A stretch of 64,000 bases of DNA from Eledone cirrhosa (GCA_964016885.1 OZ024741.1:121520001-121584000), one strand, 5' to 3'. Shown: positions 1 through 15,174, numbered from the stretch's first letter. Notes: generated from the letters alone by a model not told the origin. Program-made: numbers and translations.

Positions 1-1640
1 GATTACCAAAAATTCACAAATCCATAGAAATCCAAAACAACATAAAAGGGAAAAATACATCATACATCGAAGCACCAAAACCGACAGACTTAAAATTACG
101 CCCCATTATTGCTGGCCCAGCCTCAAGCACACAACGTCTAAGCAACCTATTAGACATCATACTCAAACCCCTATGTAAAAAAGTTCCAAGCTACATCAGA
201 GATGATATGGAATTCCTTAACTATATCCCCCCAAAAGTACACCAGGATACAATCCTAGTCAGTTTTGATGTAATAAGCCTGTACACTAACATCCCACACG
301 ACCTAGGGATTGAAGCTGTGGACTTCTGGATTACAAAACACTCAAGTCACATTTCAGAAAGATTCCCCAAAGAATTCATCTTGGAAGGACTTAAATTAGT
401 ATTGGAAAACAACCACTTCCTCTTTGACAACGAACTTTATCTACACATAAAAGGAACAGCCATGGGTACCAAAGAGGCCCCTACATATGCAACGCTCGTT
501 ATGGGTCAGTTAGAGGCAAAATTATATTCCCAACTACAGATAACATTCAGTCACGACTTCGCCTTCTACATTAATAAAAACTGGAAACGTTACCTAGATG
601 ACTGCTTCATCTTCTGGAACAGAAGCCAAACAGACCTACAAAAATGTTATTCGATCCTAAACAGGCTTCATGAAGCTATACAATTCACTATGGAATGTAA
701 CGAAAAGGAACTGCCCTTTCTAGATATCCTCATCATTAAAGAAGGGGAAAATATCATAACGGACCTATTTTGCAAACCCACTGACACACACTAATACTTA
801 AATTTCCGGTCAGCACACCCCCTCACATACGAAAAGGAACATTCCCTTCAACATGGCAAGGCGAATCTGCACTATAGCAACACACCCCGTACTACAAGAA
901 AAAAGATTATGTGACCTGAAAAAATTCCTTAAAAAACAAGAATACCCGATGAAACTCATCAACGCAGCATCTCCAAGGCTAAGAACATCCCAATAACAAC
1001 ACTGAGAAAACCAAACCCACAACATAAAAAAGAAAACCCTGCTATCTCTTTTGTCATCACTCACAACCCAGGGAACATCAACATTGTGAAAACTGCTAAG
1101 CAGTATCTCCCGATTCTACAGCAATCTACCAAAATGAATGCACTCTTAAAAAACACACAGATAATTTATAGCAGACGCCAAGCACCCAACCGTAAAAAAC
1201 TAATTACCAAGGCAAAATTTACGACCAACATGGAATCAATGCAAGTGACGAAATGCGGGGACCCTAGATGTGGAACCTGTGAACTCATCGAAGAGGGCAA
1301 ACAGTTGTCCTTCAAAAGCCATGATAATTTCAAGGTCAATGCTAACATGAACTGCAAAACGAAAAACCTAATATATTGCGCAACATGTCCACAGTGTAAA
1401 GAGTATTACATTGGGGAAACCGGAACGGGATTACATGATAGAGTCCGGGTACATAAACAACAAATTAAAGACCCCACAGTCAGAAATACCACATGTAGCG
1501 CACACTTTGCATCATGCGGGAAGGGAAAATTCATAATCTTCCCTTTCTTCAAGATATGGTCGGATAACGAACATTTCCGCAGATATAAAGAAGAATTCTT
1601 CATTGAAAAATTTAAACCACTACTGAACACGAAAAAATGA
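1..1640 (+). mobile_element. Penelope-like retroelement, degenerate (RT, Cys-rich linker, GIY-YIG endonuclease); 5' part outside the window
   Basis: SFDVISLYTNIP, GTAMGT, WKRYLDD RT motifs; CGDPRCGTC linker; NLIYCATC..C..YYIGETG and H..Q GIY-YIG motifs; in-frame stop at 792-794 plus frameshifts. AT-rich 3' region probably continues to about 3540. Confidence 0.92.
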
Positions 1641-1729
1641 ATTAACACTCGGAGGTAAAATTCCATTTCACTACCCCCCCCCCTCTTCTTATGTATACAC
1701 ATGAATATCTGAGTGAACGGTGAGACACA

Positions 1730-1839
1730 CACATATATGTGTGTAGGTATGTATGGATGTATGTACGTGTGGGTATATATGTATGTGGGTGTGTGTATGT
1801 GTGTGTGTATATATATGTATGGATGTGTGTATGTTTGTA

Positions 1840-1888
<49 letters not shown>

Positions 1889-1951
1889 ATGTGTGTATAT
1901 ATATGTATATGTATATGTATGTATGTGTATGTTTGTATATATATATGTGTA

Positions 1952-1989
<38 letters not shown>

Positions 1990-2143
1990 TAGGGATATAT
2001 ATGTTTATATGTGTGTGTATGTATATGTATGTACCTATATATGTGTGTGTGTGTATGTATGTGCATATATGTATATATGTATGTACATATGTGTATGTTT
2101 CTGTATGTGTATATGTATGTATGTAGATGTATGTATATATATG

Positions 2144-2174
<31 letters not shown>

Positions 2175-2360
2175 ATATGTGTCTTTATGTGCTCGTGTGT
2201 ACACACATATATATATGTATATATGTACGTGTGTATGTATATGTGTGTGTATGTGTATATATATGTATATATATATATATGTATGTATGTATATGTATGT
2301 GTATATATGTATGTGTGTATGTATATACTTGTATGTGTATGTGTATGTGTATGTATGTAT

Positions 2361-2392
<32 letters not shown>

Positions 2393-2493
2393 GTATATAT
2401 ATATAGATATATATGTATGTGTATATGTATGTATATGTGTGTATGTGCCTGTATGTGTTTATGTGTACATATATGTATGTATATGTATATATG

Positions 2494-2538
<45 letters not shown>

Positions 2539-2745
2539 GTATATATATATGTGTATGTGTGTATGTTTGTGTGTGTATGCATGTATGTGTAAACGGAGGT
2601 ATATATACGGACATATGTATATGTGTGTGTGTGTACACGTGTGTGTGTGTGTGTGTGTATGTGTGCGTGTATGTGTATATATGTATATTTAGATATGTAT
2701 CTTTATGTGTGTATATGTATGTATGTGTATGTATGTATATGTATG

Positions 2746-2798
<53 letters not shown>

Positions 2799-3080
2799 AT
2801 ATGTATATATATATATGTGTATATGTGTGTATATGTATATGTGTATATATATATATGTATATATATATGTATATATATATATATATATACCCATGTGGAG
2901 GTATGAGTACATATTCGTGTGTGTACGTATGTGTATATGTGTTTTTATATGTGTCTCTATATGTTTTTATATATGTATGTGGATGTATTTGTACATGGGT
3001 GTGTGATTGATGGTGTGTGCCTATATATTCCTACATATGCCCGTGTGTGTATGTACGTATATACGCACATATGTGTGTGT
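1730..3080. repeat. Compound (AT)n/(GT)n/(ATGT)n microsatellite tract, about 1.35 kb
   Basis: Direct reading. Confidence 0.95.
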
Positions 3081-4010
3081 TGAACAAAGGACTAATTTTG
3101 GGATGGACGTAAAAAAATTCTTCAGAAAAAAATAAAAAAAGAATTATTTACAAACTTAGCAGGTGCGATTTGCCTGTGACCATTCTCAACACAAAAGGAA
3201 TACTAAAAGCCTTTTCCCCTGAATAAAGGAATTTTTCGAGAATGACCGGAGCAGGCCGCACTTGCTACATTTCTCCCCACCCAACCCTACTCACCGTCAA
3301 CTCATTACTGCTATTAACACTTTTTCAACACACCTACACCCATACACTTATTAAAGGGGGAGAAAAGAAACCCCCACCACACCACAGACATGTTAAATCC
3401 CTATATATAGAACAACACACCACATACACATCAGTTTGACAAGCGCACCTCAGCGTGAAAGGTCGTTCTAAAAACGAAACAATACCTCCTACGTTAACCA
3501 AGAACTCCTAAGACCTAACCAACAATCAACAACTTAATTTATAAAATAATTTTTTTTAAGAAAAAAATAAATTTTTTCTAATCCGGAAAAAAATTCTTTT
3601 TGGATTTTGTGAAGAAAATAAATTTGTTGAAAGCACAAGTGAAGCCATTTTTTCTTCCCCCTTAACTTTGAAACAGTACTGCAAGGAAAATATAGCTTTT
3701 TCCACCTCAAGTATGTATTTTTTCCTGAATACTATTTGTATTATATATGTACAAAATACCATGTGTTTCTCAATTGATATATGACTCTCTCTCGCTCTCT
3801 CTCTCTCTCTCCCCGTGTCTCTCTCACTTTCTCTATAAATATATCTTTTAAGTTTGAAATATGTATATATATATATATATATAAATATATATATACGCAC
3901 ACTCACACACACACACACACACACACATATATGAATAGAATAGAAATAAACATGAAAAAAAGAAATAAAAAGAAGAAAAAAGGAAAGAAAGAAATTGTTA
4001 CACTACGTAC

Positions 4011-4190
4011 CCTCACATTTCTGCTGTGTTTCTGACCAAGTGCCGTTGTGTCGACATGTGGAAGTCACTGCTCCAACAAGGCGGTAGCCTATCTTACAGG
4101 AATGGTGGAAAGTGTCTCCATACCGACTTATCTCCCTTTGAGGTTGCCTGAATCCATTTTCAAATGGAAGAGGATTCGAACAAGAAACAC
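4011..4190 (-). CDS. Host exon: Sushi 5 (RVSCSNPLPFENG...CKIGYRLVG...CRHNGTWSETQQKCE)
   Basis: cacag acceptor, gtacgt donor, phase 1-1; CCP pattern; translated by hand. Confidence 0.9.
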
Positions 4191-4334
4191 CTGTGGTTGG
4201 ATAATGTGAAACAGATAAAACAGAACGATTGACTAAAAGCTTGTTTGAGGAAGATCAAGTGAAAGAGACAATGAAGGTAACGCGTTAGATAATAGGTATT
4301 TTTTCTAGTATAAATATATATACCACTAAGTATA

Positions 4335-4730
4335 CTGCTAACTAGATACAGCGGCAACTAGGTACAGGGACAACTCGGTACAAAGGCAACTTGGTACAGG
4401 GCTAACTTGATAGAGGAGCAACTTGGTACATGTCTAACTAGATACAGGGGCAAATATGTTGAATTTGAATTAAGTAAGTAGATACAGGAACAACTAAATA
4501 AATGGTTAACTAGGCACAGAGTTCACTAGGTATAGGGCTAACTAGATACATAGGCAACCAAGTAGAACATGAACTAGGTACAAGGATAAGTAGGCACAGG
4601 GCTAACTAAGTAAGGGCTAAGTAGATATAAGGACGACTAAATGCAACGCGAACTAGGTACAGGGATTATCATGTAGAAGACCAACGTGATAGAAGATCAA
4701 CTAGGTAGAAGACCTACTACATACAAATAC
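4335..4730. repeat. Degenerate ~16-bp minisatellite (consensus close to CAACTAGGTACAGGG)
   Basis: Recurrent AACTAGGTACAGG/AACTTGGTACA units. Confidence 0.75.
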
Positions 4731-5222
4731 ACAGTTGGCTAAGTAGAGGACAACAAAATAAAGATATAAGCTGATTATTTTAGGTGATGAGGTACTGGGT
4801 CGTTTTAACTCATGGTTGAACCACTAGACCTTTAGTTATTTCGTACGCTCTTTGACACTTCAATCTTTCACTCAACTTCAGCTGACTGCCTAGGTGTTTT
4901 CAAGCTATGTCTAAGCTGCAAGGTTTTCATGTGTTCTGGATCCCCTATGACACTTTAATCTTTCACTCCACTACAGATAACTTTCAGGACCTGGTATAGG
5001 TATATTCAATTAATGCAATAATATATCAAATATAAATTCTAACACTGTACTCCAGTGAAATGGCATTTACTGGTTATTATGTATCGATAAATAGTAGTCA
5101 ATTTCAAAATTCTTTAAAAAAAAAATTGATGGGCTCCCTAGACTCAGTGTAAACCCTTGGCTCAAGTTCAGTCAGTTTAATGGATAATACAGCTCTGATG
5201 AGATAGCACCGAAAGTACTTAC

Positions 5223-5414
5223 GGACACAAGAATGATTCAAATAAAGTACATCGCCAAATTCAGTACCATCTTCAGCTCCTGGTATAGTGTAATTCATTG
5301 TATTGTTTTCGGAGTAAAGAACATAACCTTTATCACAGCTACAAGCGTAGCTTCCATTTGTATTTGAGCAGTGGTGTTGGCAGTTAGAATTATCTTGTTG
5401 GCATTCATCAATGT
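5223..5414 (-). CDS. Host exon: calcium-binding EGF with long insert (DIDECQQDNSNCQHHCSNTNGSYACSCDKGY...NHSCV)
   Basis: tatttag acceptor, gtaagt donor, phase 1-1; DIDEC and C-x-N-x-x-GSY-x-C-x-C motifs. Confidence 0.93.
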
Positions 5415-5507
5415 CTAAATAGAAATTAAATATAACACTTCAAGATTTTACAATGGTAAAATGAACGTACAAAAAAAAAATGATAATATGATAGTCATGG
5501 AAAGGTT

Positions 5508-5538
<31 letters not shown>

Positions 5539-5541
5539 AAT

Positions 5542-5632
<91 letters not shown>

Positions 5633-5638
<6 letters not shown>

Positions 5639-7512
5639 ATACTTGGGGAGGGTCATATTGTTGTAATAATATTGCCAGAAATAATGACAGAACACACTCA
5701 CTGTTTGGTTGGTTTTCGCTTCTGTATCTTTTATATCCCCACAGTTAATTCATTTGGTCCTCAATGTTTATCATTGACTGACCAACGGTCAAAAATACAG
5801 ATATAATATAGATATAAACGCATATATATAGTCTAACAAAGTTCTTTCGTTGCACATCTGCAACATCATCAGTGGTACTATTATGTTCTTCCTGTTGTAT
5901 TGTATATCTGCGCCATTTTTATTTTATCTGGTTATTTATTTATTTATTTTTGTCTTCTTCTCTGCGCATGCGTTTGCGTGTGTGTATAGTGTTTGGTGTG
6001 TGTTCGCGTTTGGGTGACTGTGTTTTGGTTATTGTCTTCTATCTTAGTTTACTTATGTTACCGTCATGTTGTTGTCTGGCGTGTTCGTATAGTACTGAAT
6101 TGTTTTTTCGTCCTTTTAGTTCCCCCCAGTGTTGGTCTATCTTTTCTCCTATGCTACGAGCTGTCTCGCCTATGTATGTTGTTGTCATGTTTCTGCAAGT
6201 ACCCTCTGTACATCTTATGCTATAGACTACGTTTCTAGTTTTACAGTTTATCTGGGGGTTTACTTTACATATAACACATTTCCTATTAGTACAGTGGGTT
6301 TTCTTAATAGGATATGTTTTGCTGATCAGGGATTTTATGGTAGTTCCTGGCTTTTCTACCACTTTAATCTTTAAGTGGGTCTTTCTCAGGGCCTTCCTAC
6401 ACTGGTTAGCTAATTTCCCTCAAGGGGTAGCGTCCATGAACATGACACTGGTATCTCAGGTGGCTTTCCCTATCTTATGTTTAGTTCTATCTGAGCTATT
6501 CCATGATTTGCTCCTGTATAATGGGCAAATTCCCTTCATGTCCAATTCTATGAGGGTATTATACTTCTCCGTGGCTCCTTCGTATACTCTGATTCTGTCT
6601 CTTTGGTTGTAGCCAGAGAACTGCATGCGGTTGATGAAGTATTGGATGTGTCTTTCCATTTCTGTTGGGTCGCACATGCGGGACACGTTCTTCATCACTC
6701 GAACCAAGTCTGTGATCAGAATCTGGACATTGCTGAATTTTTGAGTATCAGGTATTTGGAGGCCATGGGTTTAACGTAGTGTGAGTCCAGTAGTGCTAAG
6801 TTTAATATTCTGATCGCAGACTTGGTACGAGTGATGAAGAACGTGTCCCGCCAGACAACAACATGACGGTAACATAGACAACATAGAAATTAAAATAATA
6901 TCTAAACATAGAAACGACCCAGCAGATAGGCAAATCAGAGAGGCAAGCGAAATAGAGCTTAGAAGGCCAAAGCTAAAAAGAAAAAATGAATGGAATAACA
7001 ACACCCACGCAAACAATACTGACTTAACAAAAATATAAATAAATAAATAAATATATACATAAGCACAATAACAACAAACACATATAAACACACACTAGTA
7101 AACTAAGATAGAAGACAATAACCAAAACACAGTCACCCAAACGTGAACACTATACACACACGCAAACGCATGCGCAGAGAAGAAAACAAGAATAAATAAA
7201 TAAATAAACAAACAGATAAAATAAAAATGGCGTAAATATACAATACAAAAGGAGGAACATAATAGTACCACTGATGATGTTGCAGATGTGCAACGAAATA
7301 ACTTTGTTAGACTATATATATGTGTTTATATCTATATTATATCTGTATTTTTGACCATTGGTCAGTCAATGATAAACATTGAGGACCAAATGAATTAACT
7401 GTGGAAATATAAAAGATACAGAAGCGAAAACCAACCAAACAGTGAGTGTGTTCTGTCATTATTTCTGGCAATATTATTACAACAATATGACCCTCCCCCA
7501 AGTATAACAATA
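5633..7512. mobile_element. Penelope-like element with inverted pseudo-LTRs (~420-bp arms) around GIY-YIG fragments in both orientations
   Basis: 5633-~6051 is the inverse of ~7097-7512. Minus ORF 6039-6362 has NVVYSIRC..C...YIGETAR..H; plus 6850-6995 gives the EN C-terminus (ARQQHDG...RQIREASEI...LKRKNEW). CTGATGA-stem-GAAA is present in both arms. Confidence 0.85.
7271..7312 (+). ncRNA. Hammerhead-like ribozyme motif (mirror copy on the minus strand at 5832-5872)
   Basis: CTGATGA-T-GTTGCA(GATG)TGCAAC-GAAA; stem III/cleavage triplet imperfect. Confidence 0.6.
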
Positions 7513-7556
7513 TTTGTTTCGACACACGATGTCATATCAAAAACCTCGCAAAACAA

Positions 7557-7638
<82 letters not shown>

Positions 7639-7644
<6 letters not shown>

Positions 7645-7741
7645 TATACTTTGGGAGGGTCATGTTGCCAATAAGAAACACACGCACCAGTGGTGCGTGT
7701 GTTTCTTATTGGCAACATGACCCTCCCAAAGTATAACAATA
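7639..7741. repeat. Near-perfect ~50-bp-arm palindrome between (TA)n tracts
   Basis: Centre cacca-g-tggtg at about 7690; termini (ATACTTtGGGAGGGTCAT) match the termini of the 5633-7512 element. Confidence 0.85.
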
Positions 7742-7794
7742 TCGGTTTCAACACACGATTTCAGATAAAGAATCTTGCTAAACAAATTCAGAAA

Positions 7795-7859
<65 letters not shown>

Positions 7860-7933
7860 TATTGAAGCTTCCGTTGAAAATTGAAAAAGTCATACGAGTG
7901 AAGAATGCTCTATGTAAGTTACAGATCTAAATT

Positions 7934-8340
<407 letters not shown>

Positions 8341-8430
8341 GAACACTGGAAGGTAATATCCGTAGTGGTAGAGCACTCAGTCCATGGGACAAGTTAGGTA
8401 GTTAGCCTGTTCCTATAACCATGCCCATTC

Positions 8431-8468
8431 TGAGCTGAGGAACCGCTAAGGTGAAACAATTGTTCTCG
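8431..8468 (+). ncRNA. Minimal type I hammerhead ribozyme in a ~165-bp island between (TA)n tracts
   Basis: tgag-CTGAGGA-acc(gctaa)ggt-GAAAC-aatt-GTT-ctcg; stem I can extend with accatgcc/ggtatggt. Confidence 0.75.
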
Positions 8469-8496
8469 GTATGGTGAACTAACTGTTGTGAAACCA

Positions 8497-8560
<64 letters not shown>

Positions 8561-8625
8561 AAGAGATAGACAGATCGATATAGAGAAAGAGACACCGACT
8601 TATATATATATATATACATAAAGAG

Positions 8626-8713
<88 letters not shown>

Positions 8714-9402
8714 TGAGAGTGAGACAGAAATGAGAGGGAGTTACAAAATGTACTAAATAAAGTATAAATATCAAAAGTAATAAAACAATGTTTATCTCTT
8801 GGATAAAAAGAAACAACATAGTTATAGGACATTGTTTATAATTTGAATTTAACACTTTTGTCTTTCACAGCGTTTCTCAAGATGTAAAGTTAGTTCTTGC
8901 TCAAAGAACAAGTATGTAACTTGATAAGTCCCAAGAGGTACGAAAGCACTAGATTCGAATTATGAATAATGTTTTATTATAGTTTAAAATTCAACTGATA
9001 AACTATAATATATTCATTTTTCCGATAGAGAAACTAGGCTTAAAAGTAAAACCGTATGAACCGTATGGTTAGTGGAATGATCAACTTGATGTGTGATGTG
9101 TCTACAAACTAACTGTAATTTGATGCAATTTCCTGACCTATAAATTGTTGTGTTATTGTTGGATTTCCGTTAATTTCATGAGCTGGCTGTTCTGATGATA
9201 GAACTTCTGGGACACTCATCGTCAACATCGACGAAGATCAGTGGATTGATAGTTTATTACTTTACCGTACTCTAGTTTTTACTTTTCAATTTCAAAATTG
9301 CATTGTATCGACTTACCCCTAACAATCATAACCAGACATACCTCATATAAACTATACTACAATATTAAACCCCCTATATCCCTTTATTAAGACCCTCTAG
9401 AT

Positions 9403-9609
9403 CAGGCATGACATGCATGCGGCCCGCGAGCCACATGCGGCCGTTTACAAGCACACCTGCGGCCCGCACAAAGGTTTTTACAGCATGAGCGTAATATAAA
9501 ATAAAAAAATATTAGTTGTAATGTGCGCAATTAGTTGTCATGTGTGGCCCTCAGGTAACACATATGTGACCCAAGTGGCCCTCGGGGGACCCTCAGTTTG
9601 ACATGCCTG
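9403..9609. mobile_element. hAT-type (Charlie-like) MITE
   Basis: TIRs CAGGCATG...CATGCCTG; exact 8-bp target duplication CTCTAGAT at 9395-9402 and 9610-9617; internal GCGGCCC/GTGGCCC motifs. Confidence 0.9.
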
Positions 9610-10478
9610 CTCTAGATTACCGTCTTCCCCAAAACAATCATAAACATTTATCTCTCAATGATTCATCTAAACTATACTACTATAGTATGAGCCCCATATA
9701 ACTATATTAAAAAACCCCAGGGGTCTTAATCTCGAAAATTAAAGAAATATGAAGTAAAAGTGTAAACTGTTGTTTCATTTTCTTTTTCTTACTTTACTCT
9801 AGTTTTTATTCTTGTATTTCTAAATTGCATCGTATCAACTTTCACAAAACAATCATAACCACACATCTCACAATATTTCATATAAGCTATACTGTTAAAT
9901 AAGAGACCTATATAAATTATACTGCTACATTAAGACACATACCTAAACTAAACTGCTACATTAAGGCATCTAAGTTTCTTAACCTCGAAATATTATGAAA
10001 GATAAGGTATAAATGTGAACTGCTGTTGCTTTTTATTCTACTCTCGTTATCATTTTTGTATTTCTAATTCCCATTCTACCGGCTTTTCCAAATGAATCCC
10101 ATGTTACACACAAAGAATGTGGCTATGATAGTTTTCTTCTATTTACCTTCGCATGTTAATTTATCACTTGATAAAATATATCCTTTACGACATGCACAAA
10201 CATAACTTCCGGGGGTGTTTACACACAATTGAGAACATATAGTGGTATTTTGGCATTCATTTTGGTCTGAAAAGAGAAAACATATCAAAATTTATTTTAT
10301 TTGTTTGCTTATGCACACATACACACATACATACACACATACATACACACACATACACACACACATATATATAAATATATGTATATACATATATGCATAT
10401 ACATATATATATATATATGGGTGTGTGTGTGCATAATGTATACATACACACGCATATATATATATATAAAAGCCAGGA

Positions 10479-10566
10479 CGCCGACGGCCGAGTTCTTACC
10501 GTTTCAACAGCTAGTTCTAGAATGGAAATAGCTGTTGAAACGACAAGAGCTCAGCCGTCGGGGTCC
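10479..10566. repeat. Imperfect hairpin of the family also found at 33214 and 62721
   Basis: ccgacgg...gtttcaacagcta / tagctgttgaaac...ccgtcgg. Confidence 0.75.
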
Positions 10567-10569
10567 CGA

Positions 10570-12290
10570 CTCTTCAAAACCATTAATCACTTGTTCTACA
10601 TGGATGACCTGAAACTATTTGCAAAAAATGATGAACAATTGCAAGGGCTATTATCCACTGTGAAGCAGTTCAGTGATGACATTAAAATGGAGTTTGGACT
10701 AGATAAATGCGCCAAAGCAACGTTCACCAGAGGAAAGCTGCTGAAGAGTTCAGACATTAATCTTGATCGGGGGAACGTGATAAGAGAACTTGATCAAGAA
10801 AAAACTTACAAATATCTAGGTGTTTGTGAAGGAGACGGAATCAAGCACTCGACAATGAGGGAAAGGATAAGGAAGGAATGTTACCGCAGAGTAAGAGCAA
10901 TCTTAAGAACGGAATTGAATGCAAGGAATAGGATCGATGCCATAAACACGCTTGCCATACCAGTAGTAACCTACAGTTACAATGTCATCAACTGGCCAAG
11001 CACAGAGATCCTTAGGCTCGATACAAAAATTCGAAAATTCTTAACCATGCACAGAATGCATCACCCTAAGGCAGATATAGATAGAATATATCTCCCTAGG
11101 AAAGAAGGAGGACGTGGGTTAATCCAGTTAGACATTGCGTTGAAAACTGCAACAATTGGATTATCTACATATCTAAGGGAATCACATGATTGGATGATCA
11201 AACTCGTTTTGAAACACGAAAGCATCAAAAGATCATATTCCATTACAAAAGATGCACAAAGATACAGTAATGGACTACAAATTTCAGAAGTCCCATTTAC
11301 TGCTGAAATGGAAAACACAGAAAAAGCAAAGCAGGTAAAAGTAACTGCAAAGAAAGAACTGCTACAGAAACTGGCTAAGAAATGGCAAGAAAAGCCTCTG
11401 TATGGAAAATACCCAGAACGAGCTAACAATCCTGATGTTGACAAAACTTTAACCCATCAGTGGTTGGCATCCTCTGGACTGAAATCGGAGACTGAAGGAC
11501 TGATTATATCGGCACAAGATCAGTGTCTGCCAACAAAAAATTACCAAGCCAACATAATAAAAAATGGGTGCAGCCCATTATGCCGTGTATGCAAAAAACA
11601 ACCAGAGACCATTGACCATATAATTTCAATGTGCAGTCCTATAGCTCCAACCGAATACCTAAACAGGCATGACAGAGCTGCACAATACATACATTGGATA
11701 ATGTGTAAGCATTTTGACCTGCCCCATCAAAAGAATTGGTGGGAGCATCAACCACCTCCCATACTTGAAAAAGATCACATCTCAATCTTGTGGAACTTTA
11801 GCATCCAAACAGACCGAAAAATAGATGCAAACAGACCTGATATAATATTGAAAGACTTTCAAAAGAGGGTATGCCTGCTAATTGATATGTCTGTTCCAAT
11901 AGACAAGAATGTATCTATAAAAACATTTGAAAAATTGAGCAAGTATAAGGACCTGGAGATAGAAATTGGAAAAATGTGGAAATTGAGAACTAAAACAATA
12001 CCAGTGGTTGTAGGCGCTCTGGGAATGAAACCTAAGGGGTCTAATGATTACTTATCGCAAATCCCAGGAAACCCGCGTATAGGAGAAATACAAAAGATAG
12101 TACTAATGGGAACTGCCCATATACTAAGGAAGATTCTGTCAATATAAGTACATCACAAGTCTAAACACTAAAGATGCATGTGTGAATATGTATGTTCTTT
12201 CTTGAACATGGCGGACCTTGTTGTCTCTTGAGGTCACTGGTTGTGACTTGGTGATAACTCGTATGAACATAAAGCAAGATAAATGCAACT

Positions 12291-12321
<31 letters not shown>
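10570..12321 (+). mobile_element. 5'-truncated R4/Dong-type non-LTR retrotransposon (RT 3' half, CCHC finger, restriction-like endonuclease) with (TAA)n tail
   Basis: Uninterrupted ORF to 12147: HLFYMDDLK, YKYLG, CRVC..PETIDHI..C, RHD, NRPDI..D, K..KY; tail (TAA)n at 12292-12321. The first ~60 codons of the ORF-track call are flanking repeat. Confidence 0.92.
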
Positions 12322-12323
<2 letters not shown>

Positions 12324-12396
12324 GTGAAGACTAAAATCCAAAGAGGGCTCGATATGGATAAATATATATCAAATATATAAAAACCCTAGAGCAAAT

Positions 12397-12668
12397 ATTT
12401 ATTAAAATAACAAATTAAAGTTTAAGCAAAGAATCGTTGCTTTCACCCAAGCAGCGATTCTTTGCTTAAACTTTAATCTGTTATTTTAATAAATATATAT
12501 ATATATGTATATATGTATAAATATGTATATATGTATATACATATATATGTATGTATATATATATATATATATATATTTATTAAAATAACAGATTAAAGTT
12601 TAAGCAAAGAATCGCTGCTTGGGTGAAAGCAACGATTCTTTGCTTAAACTTTAATTTGTTATTTTTAA
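12397..12668. repeat. Two mutually inverted ~95-bp hairpins of a Penelope-like pLTR end; unfolded relative at 31765-31910
   Basis: ttaaagtttaagcaaagaatcg..ctttcaccc..cgattctttgcttaaac; the turn-around falls at the gggtGAAA half of a degenerate hammerhead (minus strand near 31805-31828 reads cAGAAGAtccc-gttaa-gggtGAAA). Confidence 0.75.
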
Positions 12669-12765
12669 CAACAAAGATAGTGTGGTAAGATACCTGGTGG
12701 ACCAAAACGCACCGTACTCAATACTTGGGGTAGTATGTATGTATGTATGTATGTATGTATGTATG

Positions 12766-12794
<29 letters not shown>

Positions 12795-12797
<3 letters not shown>

Positions 12798-13810
12798 GGG
12801 CAAAGGAGCTCTTAAAAGTCAATGGCCATCCAAAATCACCGGGAGAGATGACCCCCTTAGCCTTTGTCAAGGCAGAATTCTAGGATAAGGAAAACTCTGA
12901 TATAACACCTGCAACCCTGATGGTATCCAATGATGTTGACTTGTTCTTCATTTTGGTAAATATCATCTTGGTTAAGAGTGTGGGACTGGCTTTGTGCAGT
13001 GCCCTTGCTCACTATAAAAGCTTCACGGCACAGGCATTGCTTTATATCTGGAGATCTCTCTGCACTTGTCGTCACATGGTACCATGGGCCCAGCACTATG
13101 TGTCAATAATTGTCACAGGTGTAGTGTTTGTGCCAGAGTTTTCAAGTCGCTGGCTGGACTAAAAAGTCACTCGTTCAGCGCATCGGTAAGGGTTCTCCTA
13201 CATGGATATAAAGTAGTGGCCGTACTTGAAAACGAGTTGGCAGCCACCATGTATGTATGTATGTATCTATGTATGTATGTATGTATGTATGTATGTATGT
13301 ATGTATGTATGTATGTATGTATGTATGTATGTATGTATGTATATATGTCAGGTCACCAGTTGGTGCTACTGGTACAACCTGTCTCATGGTCGGGTCGTTG
13401 GCGACTAAACTGGCAACCCCACCAAGGTTTCTTGGTGAGGTGGGTGACTTTGGACATCCTGCAGGACTAAAAACAAAACCTGTCAAAGGGTAAAGGAGCT
13501 CTTAAGAGTCAATGGCCATCCAAAATCACCGGGAGAGATGACCCCTTAGCCTTTGTCAAGGCAGAATTCTAGGAGAAGGAAAACTCTGATATAACACCTG
13601 CAACCCTGATGGTATCCAATGATGTTGACTTGTTCTTCTTTTTGGTAAATATCATCTTGGTTAAGAGAGTGGGACTGGCTTTGTGCAGTGCCTTTGCTCA
13701 CTATAAAAGCTGGCTAGACTAAAAAGTCACACTCGTTCAGCGCATCGGTAGGGGTTCTCCTACATGGATATAAAGTAGTGGTCGTACTCGAAAACGAGTT
13801 GGCAGCCACC
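12795..13810 (+). mobile_element. Two head-to-tail copies of an RTE-derived short internally deleted element (12795-13248 5'-truncated; 13347-13810 with an internal deletion)
   Basis: Same sequence as 60525-61132; 3' part encodes [20 protein letters not shown], resembling the C2H2-like C-terminus of RTE ORFs; ends GGCAGCCACC followed by (ATGT)n/(AT)n. Confidence 0.8.
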
Positions 13811-14027
13811 GTATATATATATATATATGTATGTATGTATATATGTATATATGTATGTATGTATATATGTATATATATGTATGTGTATATGTGTGTATGT
13901 ATGTATATATATATATATATATATATATGTACATGTATATATATATGTATATGTATATATGTGTATATGTATATATATATGTGTATATATATATATATAT
14001 GTATATGTATATATGTATATGTATGTA

Positions 14028-14058
<31 letters not shown>

Positions 14059-14129
14059 ATGTATGTATATGTATATATGTGCATATGTATATGTATGTAT
14101 ATATGTATATATATGTATATATGTATGTG

Positions 14130-14160
<31 letters not shown>

Positions 14161-14204
14161 GTATGTATATATATATATATGTGTATATATGTATATATGT
14201 ATGT

Positions 14205-14240
<36 letters not shown>

Positions 14241-14389
14241 GTATATATATGTGTATGTATATATATATATATGTATGTATATATATATATATGTATGTAT
14301 ATATATATATATATGTATGTATATATGTATGTATATATGTATATATATATGTATATATATATGTATGTATATGTGTATATATGTGTATA

Positions 14390-14434
<45 letters not shown>

Positions 14435-14563
14435 GTATGTATATGTATATATATATGTATATATACATATATATGTATGTATGTATATATGTATGTATAT
14501 GTTTATATGTGTATATGTATGTATGTATATATATCTATATATATCTATATGTATGTATATATG

Positions 14564-14626
<63 letters not shown>

Positions 14627-14645
14627 GTATATGTATGTGTGTATG

Positions 14646-14676
<31 letters not shown>

Positions 14677-15116
14677 GTATATGTATATATATATGTATGT
14701 GTATATATATGTATGTATATATGTGTATATGTATATATGTGTGTATATGTATGTATATGTATATATATGTATGTATATATATATATGTATGTATATATAT
14801 ATATGTATGTGTGTATATATGTACATATATATATATATGTATATATGTATATATGTATATATGTGTATGTATGTATATATATATATATGTATGTATATAT
14901 GTATATATGTATGTATATGTGTATATATATATGTGTGTATATATGTATATATATATGTATGTATATATGTGTATATATATGTATGTATGTATATATATAT
15001 ATATGTATGTATATATGTATGTATATATGTATATATATATGTATGTATATATATATGTATGTATATATATATGTATGTATATATGTATGTATATATGTAT
15101 ATATATGTATGTATAC

Positions 15117-15174
<58 letters not shown>

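Noticed and set aside
1406-3010. Long YI/HT/VC-rich ORFs here and at 13737-15578, 29854-30308, 60959-62754 and elsewhere
   Set aside because: Translations of (AT)n/(ATGT)n/(AC)n microsatellites, which lack stop codons.
10393-10570. N-terminal extension of the 584-aa ORF
   Set aside because: Derived from microsatellite and the hairpin repeat; LINE homology starts at about INHLFYMDD.
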